From: Octopus sinensis
Lineage: Eukaryota
NCBI RefSeq assembly: GCF_006345805.1
Contig: NC_043018.1
Location: 5,828,001-5,892,000 of the forward strand
Direction of reading: 5' to 3'
Length of the DNA: 64,000 bases
A program made the position numbers and the translations under genes. The notes under the pieces are model-generated. The model did no database searches and was not told where the DNA came from. It saw only the letters and a list, made by a program, of their open reading frames with translations. Below, one piece after another: positions 26,568 to 39,227 of this stretch. Every line of letters begins with the position of its first letter. Position 1 is the stretch's first letter.

Positions 26568-29500
26568 TATATATATGTATGTGTGTGTTTGTGTGTCTGT
26601 GTTTATCCCCCTAGCATTGCTTGACAACCGATGCTGGTGTGTTTACGTCCTTGTCACTTAGCGGTTCGGCAAAAGAGACCGATAGAATAAGTACTGGGCT
26701 CACAAAGAATAAATCCTGGGGTCGATTTGCTTGACTAAAGGCGGTGCTCCAGCATGGCCGCAATCAAATGATTGAAACAAGTAAAAGAGAGAGTATATGT
26801 TGTGGTCATTTAAGCAATGAGTTCATGGATGATTAATGGGTTGGTTGGGTGCTGATGAAGGAGTGAAAACTCCTCCCATATACACTCATTATCCATTTTT
26901 TATCTTCGATCCCATTGTTATTTACATTTGACCTCTGGCTTTAATTTCTATAGAAAATCTGTAGAGATGACCTTAACGAGTGTTACTATTATTATTTTCC
27001 CCAGGTGTTGAAGAAGCTTTTGCAGTCACATCAAAAGTGTTTACAGTGTCTTTTCATAAACTGTTGCCTGGGTTCTTTCCTGGTAAGATTTTTTTGTTTT
27101 TCATATTTTGGAAATTTAAGGAAAATGGTTTTGTTTCTTTTTTTTCTTATATTTATAATTTTTAATTCACCTTATAGTCTTCTAAGGAATAGCATTTAAC
27201 TATGGTTGGTCAGCAGTGAGTGGGTCATGTGACTGGTCAGTTGTTCTACTCTACTGCTACTACTGGTTCTACTGCCATGGTCAACATGATGACCAGTACC
27301 ACCACTACTGCTACAGTTACCACCACCACCAACACTACTACAACCATTAACACTACCACCATAGCCATCATTAACTTAGTACCCTGAGTTGTCAGAGGTT
27401 TGGTGCACAGTGGCAGCATGCTCGCTTGTTGTCCATTGCCACCAACATTTCTGCTGACCTGAGGTAGGTGCTGGCAATGTCAACTTGGCTACAACTATCT
27501 TGTCCAGCATGAGAGGAACTGTGGGATCAAAGCAATGGCCTGGACAGTAGTACTAGGTTGCCTCCAAGAGGTAATGGCTGAACGCCTCTTAGCTGCAACC
27601 ATAGACGGAGCTGATTTGTTTTCCAAAAGCTTCTCTACTTCAAGACACATGCTGTCAGGCCATTATATCTGCCTTGCGCTGGTGCCAGCAGAATTGCCGT
27701 TCTGGGGGCATCATCACTTCAGTGCCATCCCACCTGATTTGTTCAGAGAGATCAAAGATGATAAGGATCGCTTTGCATACAGTTTGACTTACCGTTCGGA
27801 GTGATGTGCTTAGAAGAGCAATTACCTATTTCTTTACTACCCACAAGGGGCTAAACACAGAGAGGACAAACAAGGACAGACAAACGGATTGTCGATTATA
27901 TCGACCCCAGTGCGTACCTGGTACTTAATTTATCGACCCTGAAAGGATGAAAGGCAAAGTCGACCTCGGCGGAATTTGAACTCAGAACATAGTGGCAGAC
28001 GAAATACCTATTTCTTTACTACCCACAGGGGGCTAAACACAGAGAGGACAAACAAGGACAGACAAACGGATTAAGTCGATTATATTGACCTCAGTGCGTA
28101 ACTGGTACTTAATTTATTGACCCCGAAAGGATGAAAGGCAAAGTTGACCTCGGTGAAATTTGAACTCAGAACGTAATGGCAGACGAAATATGGCTACGCA
28201 TTTCACCTGGCGTGCTAACGTTTCTGCCAGCTCGCCACCTCTATGTTATGCTGAAAGAAGAGCAATTACCATACTGTAATTTATTGAGTCTTTTTGCGTT
28301 AATGACACAATCTGATTAAAAAAAGTAAGAAGTGGAAAGAGAGAAATGCTATGGAGAATGAACACATTTTGGCTTAGTGACTAGGGTATTTGACTCATAA
28401 TCACGAGGTTGTGAGTTCAATTCCCAATGATGCATTGTGTCCTTGAACAAGACACTTTATTTCCCGTTGCTTTAGTTCAAAGGGCCGGCTTTGTCACACA
28501 CTATGTCATGCTGAAACTCCCTGAGAATTGTGTTAAGGGTACGCGTGTCTGTGGAGTGCTCAGCCAGTTGCACATTAATTTCATAAGCTGTAGATTGGAT
28601 TAAATGGAACATTCGATGTTGAAACCGATGGAGAGCCAGACTGCCACCACCACCACCACCACCACCACCATCTGTTTGAAGTTGCCGACTATATATGCTT
28701 CCCCACCCACCCACCCAAACGACATAGACTCTTCCTCTTCAGAGTTACTTTCATCTGAAACCACAAACTTTGGAGTGTACTACCATTCTTTTACCATGTT
28801 TTTTAGAGCTTTTTTTAAAAATATATTTTTCCTTTCTTCTCTTTGACAATCCAGGAACTGGCAGCATAGACGACGTAGGTTTTGGTAAAGGAATTCATCA
28901 TTGTGTCAATGTTCCGTTGATGGATGGAATAAAAGACGTAGAATTTGTGGCCTTGTTTAAAAGGTAAAAGTTTTCCAATTGAACCAAACGTGTATTCTTT
29001 CCTCTGTTTAAAAACGAAAATATACAAGATGCCAAGGTGGCTATAGACACAGATGTGACAATAGGGGCAGACTGGGATGTGTGGTTAAGGATCTTATTTC
29101 CCAACCATATGGGTCTGGGTTCAGTCCCACTGCATGATACCATTGGTAGGTATCATCTACTATAGTGCTTTGTGAGTAGATTTGGTAGATGGAAACTGAA
29201 AGAAGCCTATGTTATATACTTTTTTACTATTTTTACTCTTTTACTTATTTCAGTCATTTGACTGTAGCTATGGTAGAGTACCACCTTGAAGGGTTTTAGT
29301 TGAAGAAATTGCACCCAAGACTTATTCTTTGTAAACCTTGTTCTTATTCTATTCATTCCTTTTGCCGAACTGTTAAGTCATTGGGACTAAAACACACCAG
29401 CATTCGTTGTCCAGCAATGGTGGGGACACACACACAAATACATACATACACACAGTGGTTAGAGTGTCAGGTTTCCAATCATGAGGTAGTGAGTTCAATT

Positions 29501-30024
29501 CCTGGACTGGGCAGCATGTTGTGTTCTTGAGCAAGACACTTTATTTCACGTTGCTCCAGTTTAATAAGCTGTACAAATGAGTTGCAACGTCACTAGTGCC
29601 AGGCCATATGGGTCTTTTCTTTCTCTTGGACAACATCGGTGGCATGAAGAGGGGAGGCTGGTATGCATGGGCGACTGCTAGTCTTCAATAAAAACAACCC
29701 TAGATTATGCATTTGCTGGTGAGGCAACTTTCCACTCAGACTTGTTCTCTGGAGGGGAACCCCTTAGGTGCACCCATGGTCATTTCTGACAGACGGAGTT
29801 GAGTTGAGTTTATATGTATATATACAATGGGCTTCTTTGAGTTTCCGTCTACTCCAATCCACTCACAAAGCTTTGGTCAACCCAAGGCTATAGTAGAAGA
29901 TATTTGCCTAAGGTGCTATGCAGTGGGACTGAACCTGAAATCATGTGGTTGGGAAGCAAGCTTCTTACCACTCAGCCACACCTGTGTCTATCATCATCAT
30001 CATTTAACGTCTGCCTTTCATGAT

Positions 30025-30077
<53 letters not shown>

Positions 30078-32684
30078 AGGAGAGTATTGTAGTTCGCATG
30101 AAGCATTGTGTATTGTTTGTAAAGAACAAAAAGTTTTGAATGGTACAACAATGCACTATAATACAGACAGTGGGCTATATACCTGTTGTAATTAAGTCAT
30201 CCATAGTCTGATATCTGGCCATGGAAAAATATGACCTTGCATGGTGTCAGGAAGGGCATCCAGCTGTAAGAAAATTTCCCTCAAATAGACTCTGTCTAAT
30301 CCATGCAAGCATAGAAAAGTGGATGTTAAAAAATAATCATGATAACTGCTGCAAATGACAGACTCTTGGTATTTGTTAATTAAGTTAGTAGTGTAAATTT
30401 CCAATTAGTTATAGTGTTAATTACTAGTCTAAATTGCATTCAAGTACTAATGAGATATGATGTAAAAAAAGATATTTTTTGTTTTCATTTCTTAATATTT
30501 AGGTGAAGGTGTGGCTGTTGTGGTAAAAGGCTTGCTTCCCTACCACATGGATCTGGGTTCAGTCCCACTGCATGGCACCTTGGGCAAGTGTCTTCCACTA
30601 TGCCTTGTGAGTGGATTTGATAGATGGCAACTAAAAAGAAGCCTGTCATATATATATATATATTTATGTGTGTGTGTATGTGTGTGTGTCTTTGCATCTG
30701 TGTATGTTCCCCACCACCATCACTTGATAACTGATGCTGGTGTGTTTATGTCTCTGTAACTTAGTGGTTTGGCAAAAACGACTGATAGAACATCTACTAG
30801 GCTTACAAAGAACAAGTGCTGGGGTTGATTTCTCTGACTAAAAAGCCTTTAAGGCTGTGCTCCAGCATGGCTGCAGTCAAATAACTGAAACAATATCACT
30901 TTCCTGTTCCCCCTTTTCTAAATGTGAGTAGCCATGTTCCTCTCAACAGCAAGAAACCTGTTCTGCTCTGGACCTTTTCTCTCATACTTCACCCCTCTCT
31001 ACTCTTTAGTCTCCTAACTTTAACCCTTTAACATTTAAACCAGCCATATCACCTCCTTCAATGAATCCCCCCCCCCCCCCGCCTCTCGAAATTCCTTGTC
31101 TTGCAAGTTATTTGGTGACCCTGCCAGTGCTGGTGCCATGTGAAAAGCATCCAGTCAACACTGTGAAGTGGTTGGCATTTGGAAGGGCATCCAGCTGTAA
31201 AAATCATGCTAAAACTGACCTCGCTTGTGCTGGTGCCTTGCAAAAAGCGCTCAGTCCACTTTGCAGGGTGGTTGGTGTTAGGAAGGGCATCCAGCCATAA
31301 AGACCATGCCAGAACAGACACAGTAGTCTGTGGCAGTTTTCTACCTGGCCAGCTCCTGTCAAACCATCCAACCCATGCCAGCATGGAAGGTGGACATTAA
31401 AAGGTGATGATGATGATGATGATATCAGGTCCAAATATTTTACCTGTTTTATAGTCAAGTCAACCAGATATGGCCTTTCACAGCTACCCAACAATGTCAT
31501 TCTAAAATTAAACAACCACATCATTGAAATCCCAGAACTGAGATAAGGCACGATTCATTCAAAACAAGGTGGATAAATATGCATTAGATTAGCCAGAATA
31601 ATCTGAATACTAAGTTCCCTTTCTTCTCTTTGGGGTCTGCCTCTCAACCTCATTAGTGGCTGTGTGGTAAGTAGCTTGCTTACGAACCACATGGTTCCGG
31701 GTTCAGTCTCACTGCGTGGCACCTTGGGCAAGTGTCTTCTACTATAGCCTCAGGCCGACCAAAGCCTTCTGAGTGGATTTGGTAGACGGAAACTGAAAGA
31801 AGCCCGTCGTATATATGTATTTATATATATGCGTGTGTGTGTCTGTGTTTGTCCCCCTAGCATTGCTTGACAACTGATGCTGGTGTGTTTATGTCCACGT
31901 TACTTAGCGGTTCGGCAAAGAGACTGATAGAATAAGTACTGGGCTTACAAAAGAATAAGTCCCGGGGTCGAGCTGCTCGACTAAAGGCGGTGCTCCAGCA
32001 TGGCCGCAGTCAACTGACTGAAACAAGTAAAAGGGAGAGAGAGTAAAGAGTATTAGGAAGGGCATCCAGCTGTAAAAACTATACCAAAGACACTGGATTA
32101 TGATATTGCCCTTGAGCCCATCAGAGCCTGTCAAACTGTCCTGCCCCTACCAGCATAGAACATATTCATTAAATGATAACGAGTAGGATGATGATGTTAG
32201 CTTAGTATAGGGATAACTGAAGAGGAGTGCTCGTTGAATATATACTCTTTACTCTTTTACTTGTTTCAGTCATTTGACTGCGGCCATGCTGGAGCACCGC
32301 CTTTAGTCAAGCAACTCGACCCCGGGACTTACTCTTTTGTAAGCCCAGTACTTATTCTATCGGAATAAATCCAAATTTACAAGGAAAAATCAGATTTAAG
32401 ATTGAATCCAATTTTATAGTAAAATATTATATTATATCAAATTAGAGACAAAACCACTATTATGCAAATCAAACAAAGAAAGACTTAAGCCAATACATAA
32501 AATAATTTATATAAATTAAAATTTAACATATGAATAACCACTACGATTGTTTCGTGTCAGCACATCTTAGACATTCTTCAGGTGGTTTCAAAACCTTCTT
32601 AGCGAGTTTTAAATTTGAACGGCAACGAGAAACTCAGAGTAACAGATTTTGTTGAATTTTCTGCTGCTTAAAATAAAGTATATT

Positions 32685-32715
<31 letters not shown>

Positions 32716-32731
32716 TATATATATATTTATT

Positions 32732-32798
<67 letters not shown>

Positions 32799-35700
32799 AT
32801 ATTTATATGGAGGCTATGGTTATGGTTCTCGCAATGAGGAGGGAACCAGGCTGCTGGAGTTCTGTGATGCGAATAGTCTTATGGTTTGCAACACTAACTT
32901 CAGGAAACCAACAAGCCACTTGGTCACCTACCGTTCGGGCCAGCATACTAGCCAAATCGACTACATCCTTGCCAGAAAAAGGGAAAGATGGCTGCTTATG
33001 AATGCCAAAACCTTCCCAGGCGAAGAATGTACCCCACAACATAGAATGGTAGTCAGTGACTTTAGGATCAGGACTAAGAGGACGACTAGAAGACGACCAA
33101 CATGGAGAAGAAGGGTCTGGAAGCTTAAAGACCCTGCTAATGGACAGAGATTTAGAGACATGTTACTCGAAGCCTTCGACGAAATAGAAGGGGGCATAGC
33201 TACACATGGGGTAGAAGATAACTGGGCGCTTCTAAGGGACAACCTGCTGAAAGCCACTGACCAGATCTGTGGCTGGTGCAAAGTCCCCACAAGACCCAAA
33301 ATAACGTGGTGGTGGAACAATACTGTTGACAGGGCTATTAGACAAAAGAAACAGGCTTGGAAGGACTGGAAGAACGGTGGTAGCAGGGAAGTGTATCAGA
33401 CTGCAAGAAGGGAAGCTAGGAGGCAGGTTTATTTAGCCAGAGGGGAAGCAGATAGGAAAAAATTTGCCAATGTCCTGCGCCGTGAGGATGAAAGACTTGA
33501 GGTATTTCGTATAGCAAGACAGTGTGTGAGAGAGAATCGTGACGTGGTAGGAGAAAAATGTGTTCGCACGGATGACGGCTCACTTGCGCTAAATGAGGCT
33601 GCAAAGAGAGAGGTTTGGAGAAGCCACTATGAAAGGTTGCTGAATGAGGAAAATGAATGGGATAAAGAGAGTCTGCCGAATGTTGACCCAACAGAGGGAC
33701 CAGCAATCCGAGTCGACAGTTCCTTTAGTAGATAAGGCAATTAAAAGCATTAAGACAGGAAAAGCCCCAGGCCCATCAGGAATTACTGCAGAGATGCTCA
33801 AAATATCTGGTAGTGTCGGCTATAGCCTAGTCACCCGTATAGTTAACCAGGTGATACACGAAGGAGTCATTCCCAATGACTGGTGTAGCAGCATAATAGT
33901 CAGCTGCTACAAAGGTAAAGGTGACGCCCTAGATACAAATAACTACAGGGGTATCAAGCTGCTGGATCAGGTAATGAAGGTTACGGAGAGGGTTATAGCC
34001 CAACTAATTAGAGAGAGAGTTAGCCTAGATCAGATGCAGTTTGGGTTCGTGCCAGGGAAAAGTACTACTGATGCTATTTTCATGGTAAGACAGCTGCAAG
34101 AGAAATACCTAGCCAGAGACAACCCCTATACCTGGCTTTTGTTGATATGGAGAAAGCCTTCGACAGGGTCCCCCGATCCCTCATCTGGTGGTCAATGAGG
34201 AAACTAGGGATAGATGAATGGTTAGTGAAAGCTGTACAAGCCATGTACAGAGACGCTGCTAGTAAGGTGAGGGTTGGCACCGAGTACAGTGAAGAATTCA
34301 GGGTAGAGGTTGGGGTCCACCAAGGTTCAGTCCTCAGTCCCCTCCTATTTATCATAGTCCTCCAGGCAATAACGGAGGAATTCAAGACAGGATGCCCCTG
34401 GGAGCTCCTCTATGCTGATGACCTTGCTCTAGTTGCTGAGTCTCTATCAGAACTAGAGGAGAAGTTTCAGGTATGGAAACAAGGTTTAGAATCGAAGGGC
34501 CTTAGAATCAACCTAGCCAAAACCAAAGTCCTAATAAGTAGGAAGGTAGACCAATCACAAACGCCTTCAAGTAGATGGCCCTGCTCGATCTGTAGAAAAG
34601 GTGTAGGTAGAAACTCTATAAGATGCACCAAGTGTAAGCTATGGACACATAAGAGGTGCAGCAATGTCAAAGGAAGGCTAACTAGGAAGATGGTTTTTGT
34701 ATGTGGCAGATGCTCAGGAACAATTAACACTGAAAATGCTCTGAGACCAACTTCCGTCACTTTCCAGGGAGAAAAGCTAGAAGTAGTTGATAGTTTCCGT
34801 TACCTAGGTGACCAAGTCAGTAGCGGGGGCGGGTGCGCTGAAAGTATAACTGCTAGAGTAAGAATAGCCTGAGCAAAGTTTAGAGAGCTCTTACCCCTGC
34901 TGGTGACAAAAGGCCTCTCGCTCAAAGTAAAAGGCAGACTGTATGATGCATGTGTACGTACAGCCATGCTACATGGTAGTGAAACTTGGGCTGTGACTGC
35001 TGAGGATTTGCGTAAGCTCGCAAGAAATGAAGCTAGTATGCTCCGATGGATGTGTAACGTCAGTGTTCATAATCGACAGAGTGTAAGTACCTTGAGAGAA
35101 AAGTTGAACCTAAGAAGCATCAGTTGTTGTGTGCAAGAGAGACGTTTGCGCTGGTATGGTCATGTGATGAGAATGGCTGAAGATAGTTGTGTGCGAAAGT
35201 GCCACACCCTGGCAGTTGAGGGGACCTGTGGAAGAGGTAGACCCAGGAAAACCTGGGTCGAGGCGGTGAAGCACGACCTTCGAACTTTAGGTCTCACCAA
35301 GGAAATGACCAGTGACCGAGACCTTTGGAGGTATGCTGTGCGTGAGAAAACCCGGCAAGACCAGTGAGAACAGTCAAAATCAAGATCAAACCAAATTGAG
35401 GTCGATCAACATCAGGGCCCCCGTGCAGGTGACACGTAAAAGTACCATCCGTTCGTAGCCGTTTGCCAGCCCTGTCTGGCCCCCGTGTCGGTGGCACGTA
35501 AAGGCACCATCCGTTCGTGTTCGTTGCCAGCCTGGCCTGGCCTCCGTGCCGGTGACACGTAAGAGCACCATCCGTTTGTGGCCGTTTGCCAGCACTGTCT
35601 GGCCCCCGTGCCGGTGACATGTAAAAGCACCATCCGTTCGTGGCCGTTTGCCAGCCCTGTCTGGCCCCCATGTCGGTGACATGTAAAAGCACCATCTGTT

Positions 35701-38700
35701 CGTGTCCGTTGCCAGCCCTGTCTGGCCCCATGTCGGTGACATGTAAAAGCACCATCCGTTCGTGGCCGTTTGCCAGCCCTGTCTGGCCCCCGTGTCGGTG
35801 GCATGTAAAAGCACCATCCGTTCGTGTCCGTTGCCAGCCTCGCCTGGACCCCGTGCCGGTGACACGTAAAAGCACCATCCGTTTCGTGGCCGTTTGCCAG
35901 CTCTGTCTGGCCCCCATGTTGGTGGCACGTAAAAGCACCATCCGTTCGTGTCCGTTGCCAGCCTCGCCTGGCCCCGTGCCGGTGACACGTAAAAGCACCA
36001 TCCGTTCGTGGCGGTTTTTTTCTTATTTCGTTTTTTTCCCCACCCCTCCTTCGTTCCTTTTTCTCTCTCTCCCTTTCTTTCGTTCCCCCTCCTTGCCCAG
36101 TATATGAGAATTGCTACATAGATGAATTTTAGCTTGCGTGCGAGACGGTTTGCGTGAATATATGTACACATGCTTTTATGTGTATATTTAAATTTATATT
36201 CATACGTCTGTATATGTATGTATGGCGTTTACGCGCATCCTTTTGTGTATGTTGATATATATATGTAGATTTTAATATAAATATGTATTGCAGTATTTAT
36301 AACAGGTTTAATTTCTATGCATTAATTTGCACTGTCTTCATTAACGTCAATGGTTTTTTCCTCGGATTTTATAATTTTTATAAGTTTTTTATATATAATT
36401 TTTATAAGTTTTTATATATATATACATATATCTTTGACCTTTTTGTTTATCGCTCGAAGATTGACCGTTTTTTCTAAAGGGCCAATCAAACAAGTCCATT
36501 TCTTTTTAAAGGTGTAGCGTTTGTCAGTTCCATTCTAGCAAAAACTGTCTGATGAACGGCAACGAGAAACTCAGAGTAACAGATTTTGTTGAATTTTCTG
36601 CTGCTTAAAATAAAGTATATATATATATATATACACATATATATACATATATACGACGGGCTTCTTTCAGTTTCTGTCTACCAAATCCACTCACAAGTCT
36701 TTGGTTAGCCCGAGGCTATAGTAGAAGACTCTTGCCCAAGGTGCCACGCAGTGGGACTGAACCCGGAACCATGTGGTTGGTAAACAAGCTACTTACCACA
36801 CAGCCACTCCTGCACCTCTACTTGGTTTCATTTTTCTTGTGAAGGATTTCTTTTTATCTGTTATTCTTACAGGATAATGTCTGAAGTGATAGATGTTTTT
36901 GCACCGGAAGCTATTGTCTGCCAATGTGGAGCTGACGGAATTGCTGGGGATCCAATGAACTCCTTCAACCTAACCCCACAGAGTTTGACGAGCTGTGTAC
37001 GTTATTTCACCACGCTTAAAGTTCCTTTGTTGCTTCTGGGCGGAGGTTAGTTTCATTTCATCGTGATCATGATGATTATTATTATTATTATTAGGGCGGC
37101 GAGCCGGCAGAATCGTTAGCATGCTGGGAAAAATGCATAGCAGCATTTTGTCCGGCTTTATGTTTTGAGTTCAAATCCCACTGAAGTCGACATTGTCTTT
37201 TATCCTTTTGGGGTTCGTAAAATAAGTACCTTTGAGTACTGGGGTTGATGCAGTTGGCGTATCCCCGGCCTGAAATTACTGGCCTTGTGCCAAAATTTAA
37301 AATCATCATCATTATCATCATCATCATCTTCTTTCAATTTTGTTTCCATTTCTTGCTGAGTGTCTTCCCAATACCTAGGGCAAAGAAACTCACTGTATAC
37401 TTTGGTTGGCCATTAAAATAGACACTCCAGATTATTCATTTACAAAGTCATGTGATAGAAAGAAAAGGAAGAAAGAAGGAAAAAAAGAAAACAGAAAATA
37501 TGAATGAAAACAAAAGAAGATTCACAGCAGCAGCAATGCTCTTATTATTTATTGTTTTTGCCCAACTTCTAACACTGGAGATGTACTATGGGGCCAGCTG
37601 TTCACTTGCTCTGAACTAAGGTAACACCCCTTATTTTTTGAGCACCATTTGGAATATTCAAGCGGTTTCAAGCAGTGCTGTTTTCTACAAGTGCTCCACC
37701 CTTATTGCAGCCCCTATTTGTTCCATGTACTTCTCAAGATTTTTACTCACTGTTCCCAGGGCTCTGACAACTATTGTTACTACTACAACCTTTTTCACCA
37801 ACCACAACTGCTTATAATATTATTATTATTAAGGTGGCAAGCTGGCAGAATTGTTAGCACACCGAGCAAAATGCATAATGGTATTTCATCTGCTTTTATG
37901 TTCTGAGTTCAAATTCCGCTGAGGTTGACTTTGCCTTTCATCCTTTTCGGGTCGATAAATTAAGTACCAGTAAAACACTGGAGTCAATATAATCGACTGG
38001 TCCCCTCCCCCCAAATATCAGGTCTTGTGCCTATAAGCAGAAAGGATTATTATTATTATTATTATTATTAAGGGGGCGAGTTGGCAGAATCGTTTGCACG
38101 CTGGTCAAAATGCTTAGTGGCATATCATCCGTCTTTACATTCTATGCAAAAACATGTTTGACCATGGGGGAAATATCTTGTTTGGAAACCACTAGGGGGT
38201 TGGTGATAGGAAAGGCATCAATCTGACCATAGAAAATCTGCCTTGTTAAACTCTGTCCAACCCATGCAAGTATGGAAAAGTGGACCTTAAATGATAATGA
38301 TGATTTTGATGGGGAGGTGGCAAAATTATTAGTGTGCTGCTTTAAATGCACAGCAACATTGCATCTCTCTTTACGTTCTGAGTTCAAATTATGCTGAGGT
38401 TGTCGATGAAATAAGTGCAAGTAGGGCACTGGGGTTTATATAACCAACTTACTCCTCTCCACCCAAATTTCAGGCCTTTGTGCCCATAGAAGAAAGGATA
38501 ATGATGGTTGCTTTATTTATCTAATTGCAGGAGGTTATAATTTTTGTAATACATCAAAGACCTGGACTTTGATTACTGCTGCAGTAATTGGCAAGAAGCT
38601 GTCTCCAAACATACCAGATCACAAGGTAATTAGTGTTTAAATTTCTCATATGATTGTCTCATTTCGTTGATGTCTTGTGATGTCTTTTCGAGCACCATTT

Positions 38701-39196
38701 GGAATATTCGAGCAGTTCCAAGCAGTGCTGTTTTCTACAAGTGCTCCACCCTTATTGCAACCCCTATTTGTTCCACGTACTTCTCAAGATTTTTACTCAC
38801 TGTTCCCAGGGCTCTGACAATTATTGGTACTACTACTACCACCTTTTTCACCAACCACAACTACTTATAATATTCATCATCATCATCATGGCTTGGCTTC
38901 GCGAACGAAGATCAGGAAGGCTGTCCACGTCACGTGCATGCACGCTCATGACTGATAAGTCCGATATGGGAAAGGCAGGTCCATGAGCAGTGTCCACAGA
39001 CGAAGGTAACATCCGGTGTGGTGTCAGAGGCGGTTCGCGCATTCCTCCTGCGTCTCTTGTCTTTAAGTGCGTCTCTTCCAAGTTCCTCAAACTTGCTGAC
39101 TGCGTTGAAGATCATGTGGCGCCAGACATCACGGTCTGCAGCCAGGTCTGACCAGCATTGGTGGTTAATTTGACATGCTGTTAGAGACTTCTTTAA

Positions 39197-39227
<31 letters not shown>

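Noticed and set aside
27535-27804. 89-aa ORF in HDAC8 intron 6
   Set aside because: No splice support or domain; the region looks like a decayed retroelement tail on the opposite strand (not confidently classified)
35294-36171. 235-261 aa ORFs over the tandem array (also 8491-9115)
   Set aside because: Open frames arise from stop-poor GC-rich repeats and occur in several frames on both strands
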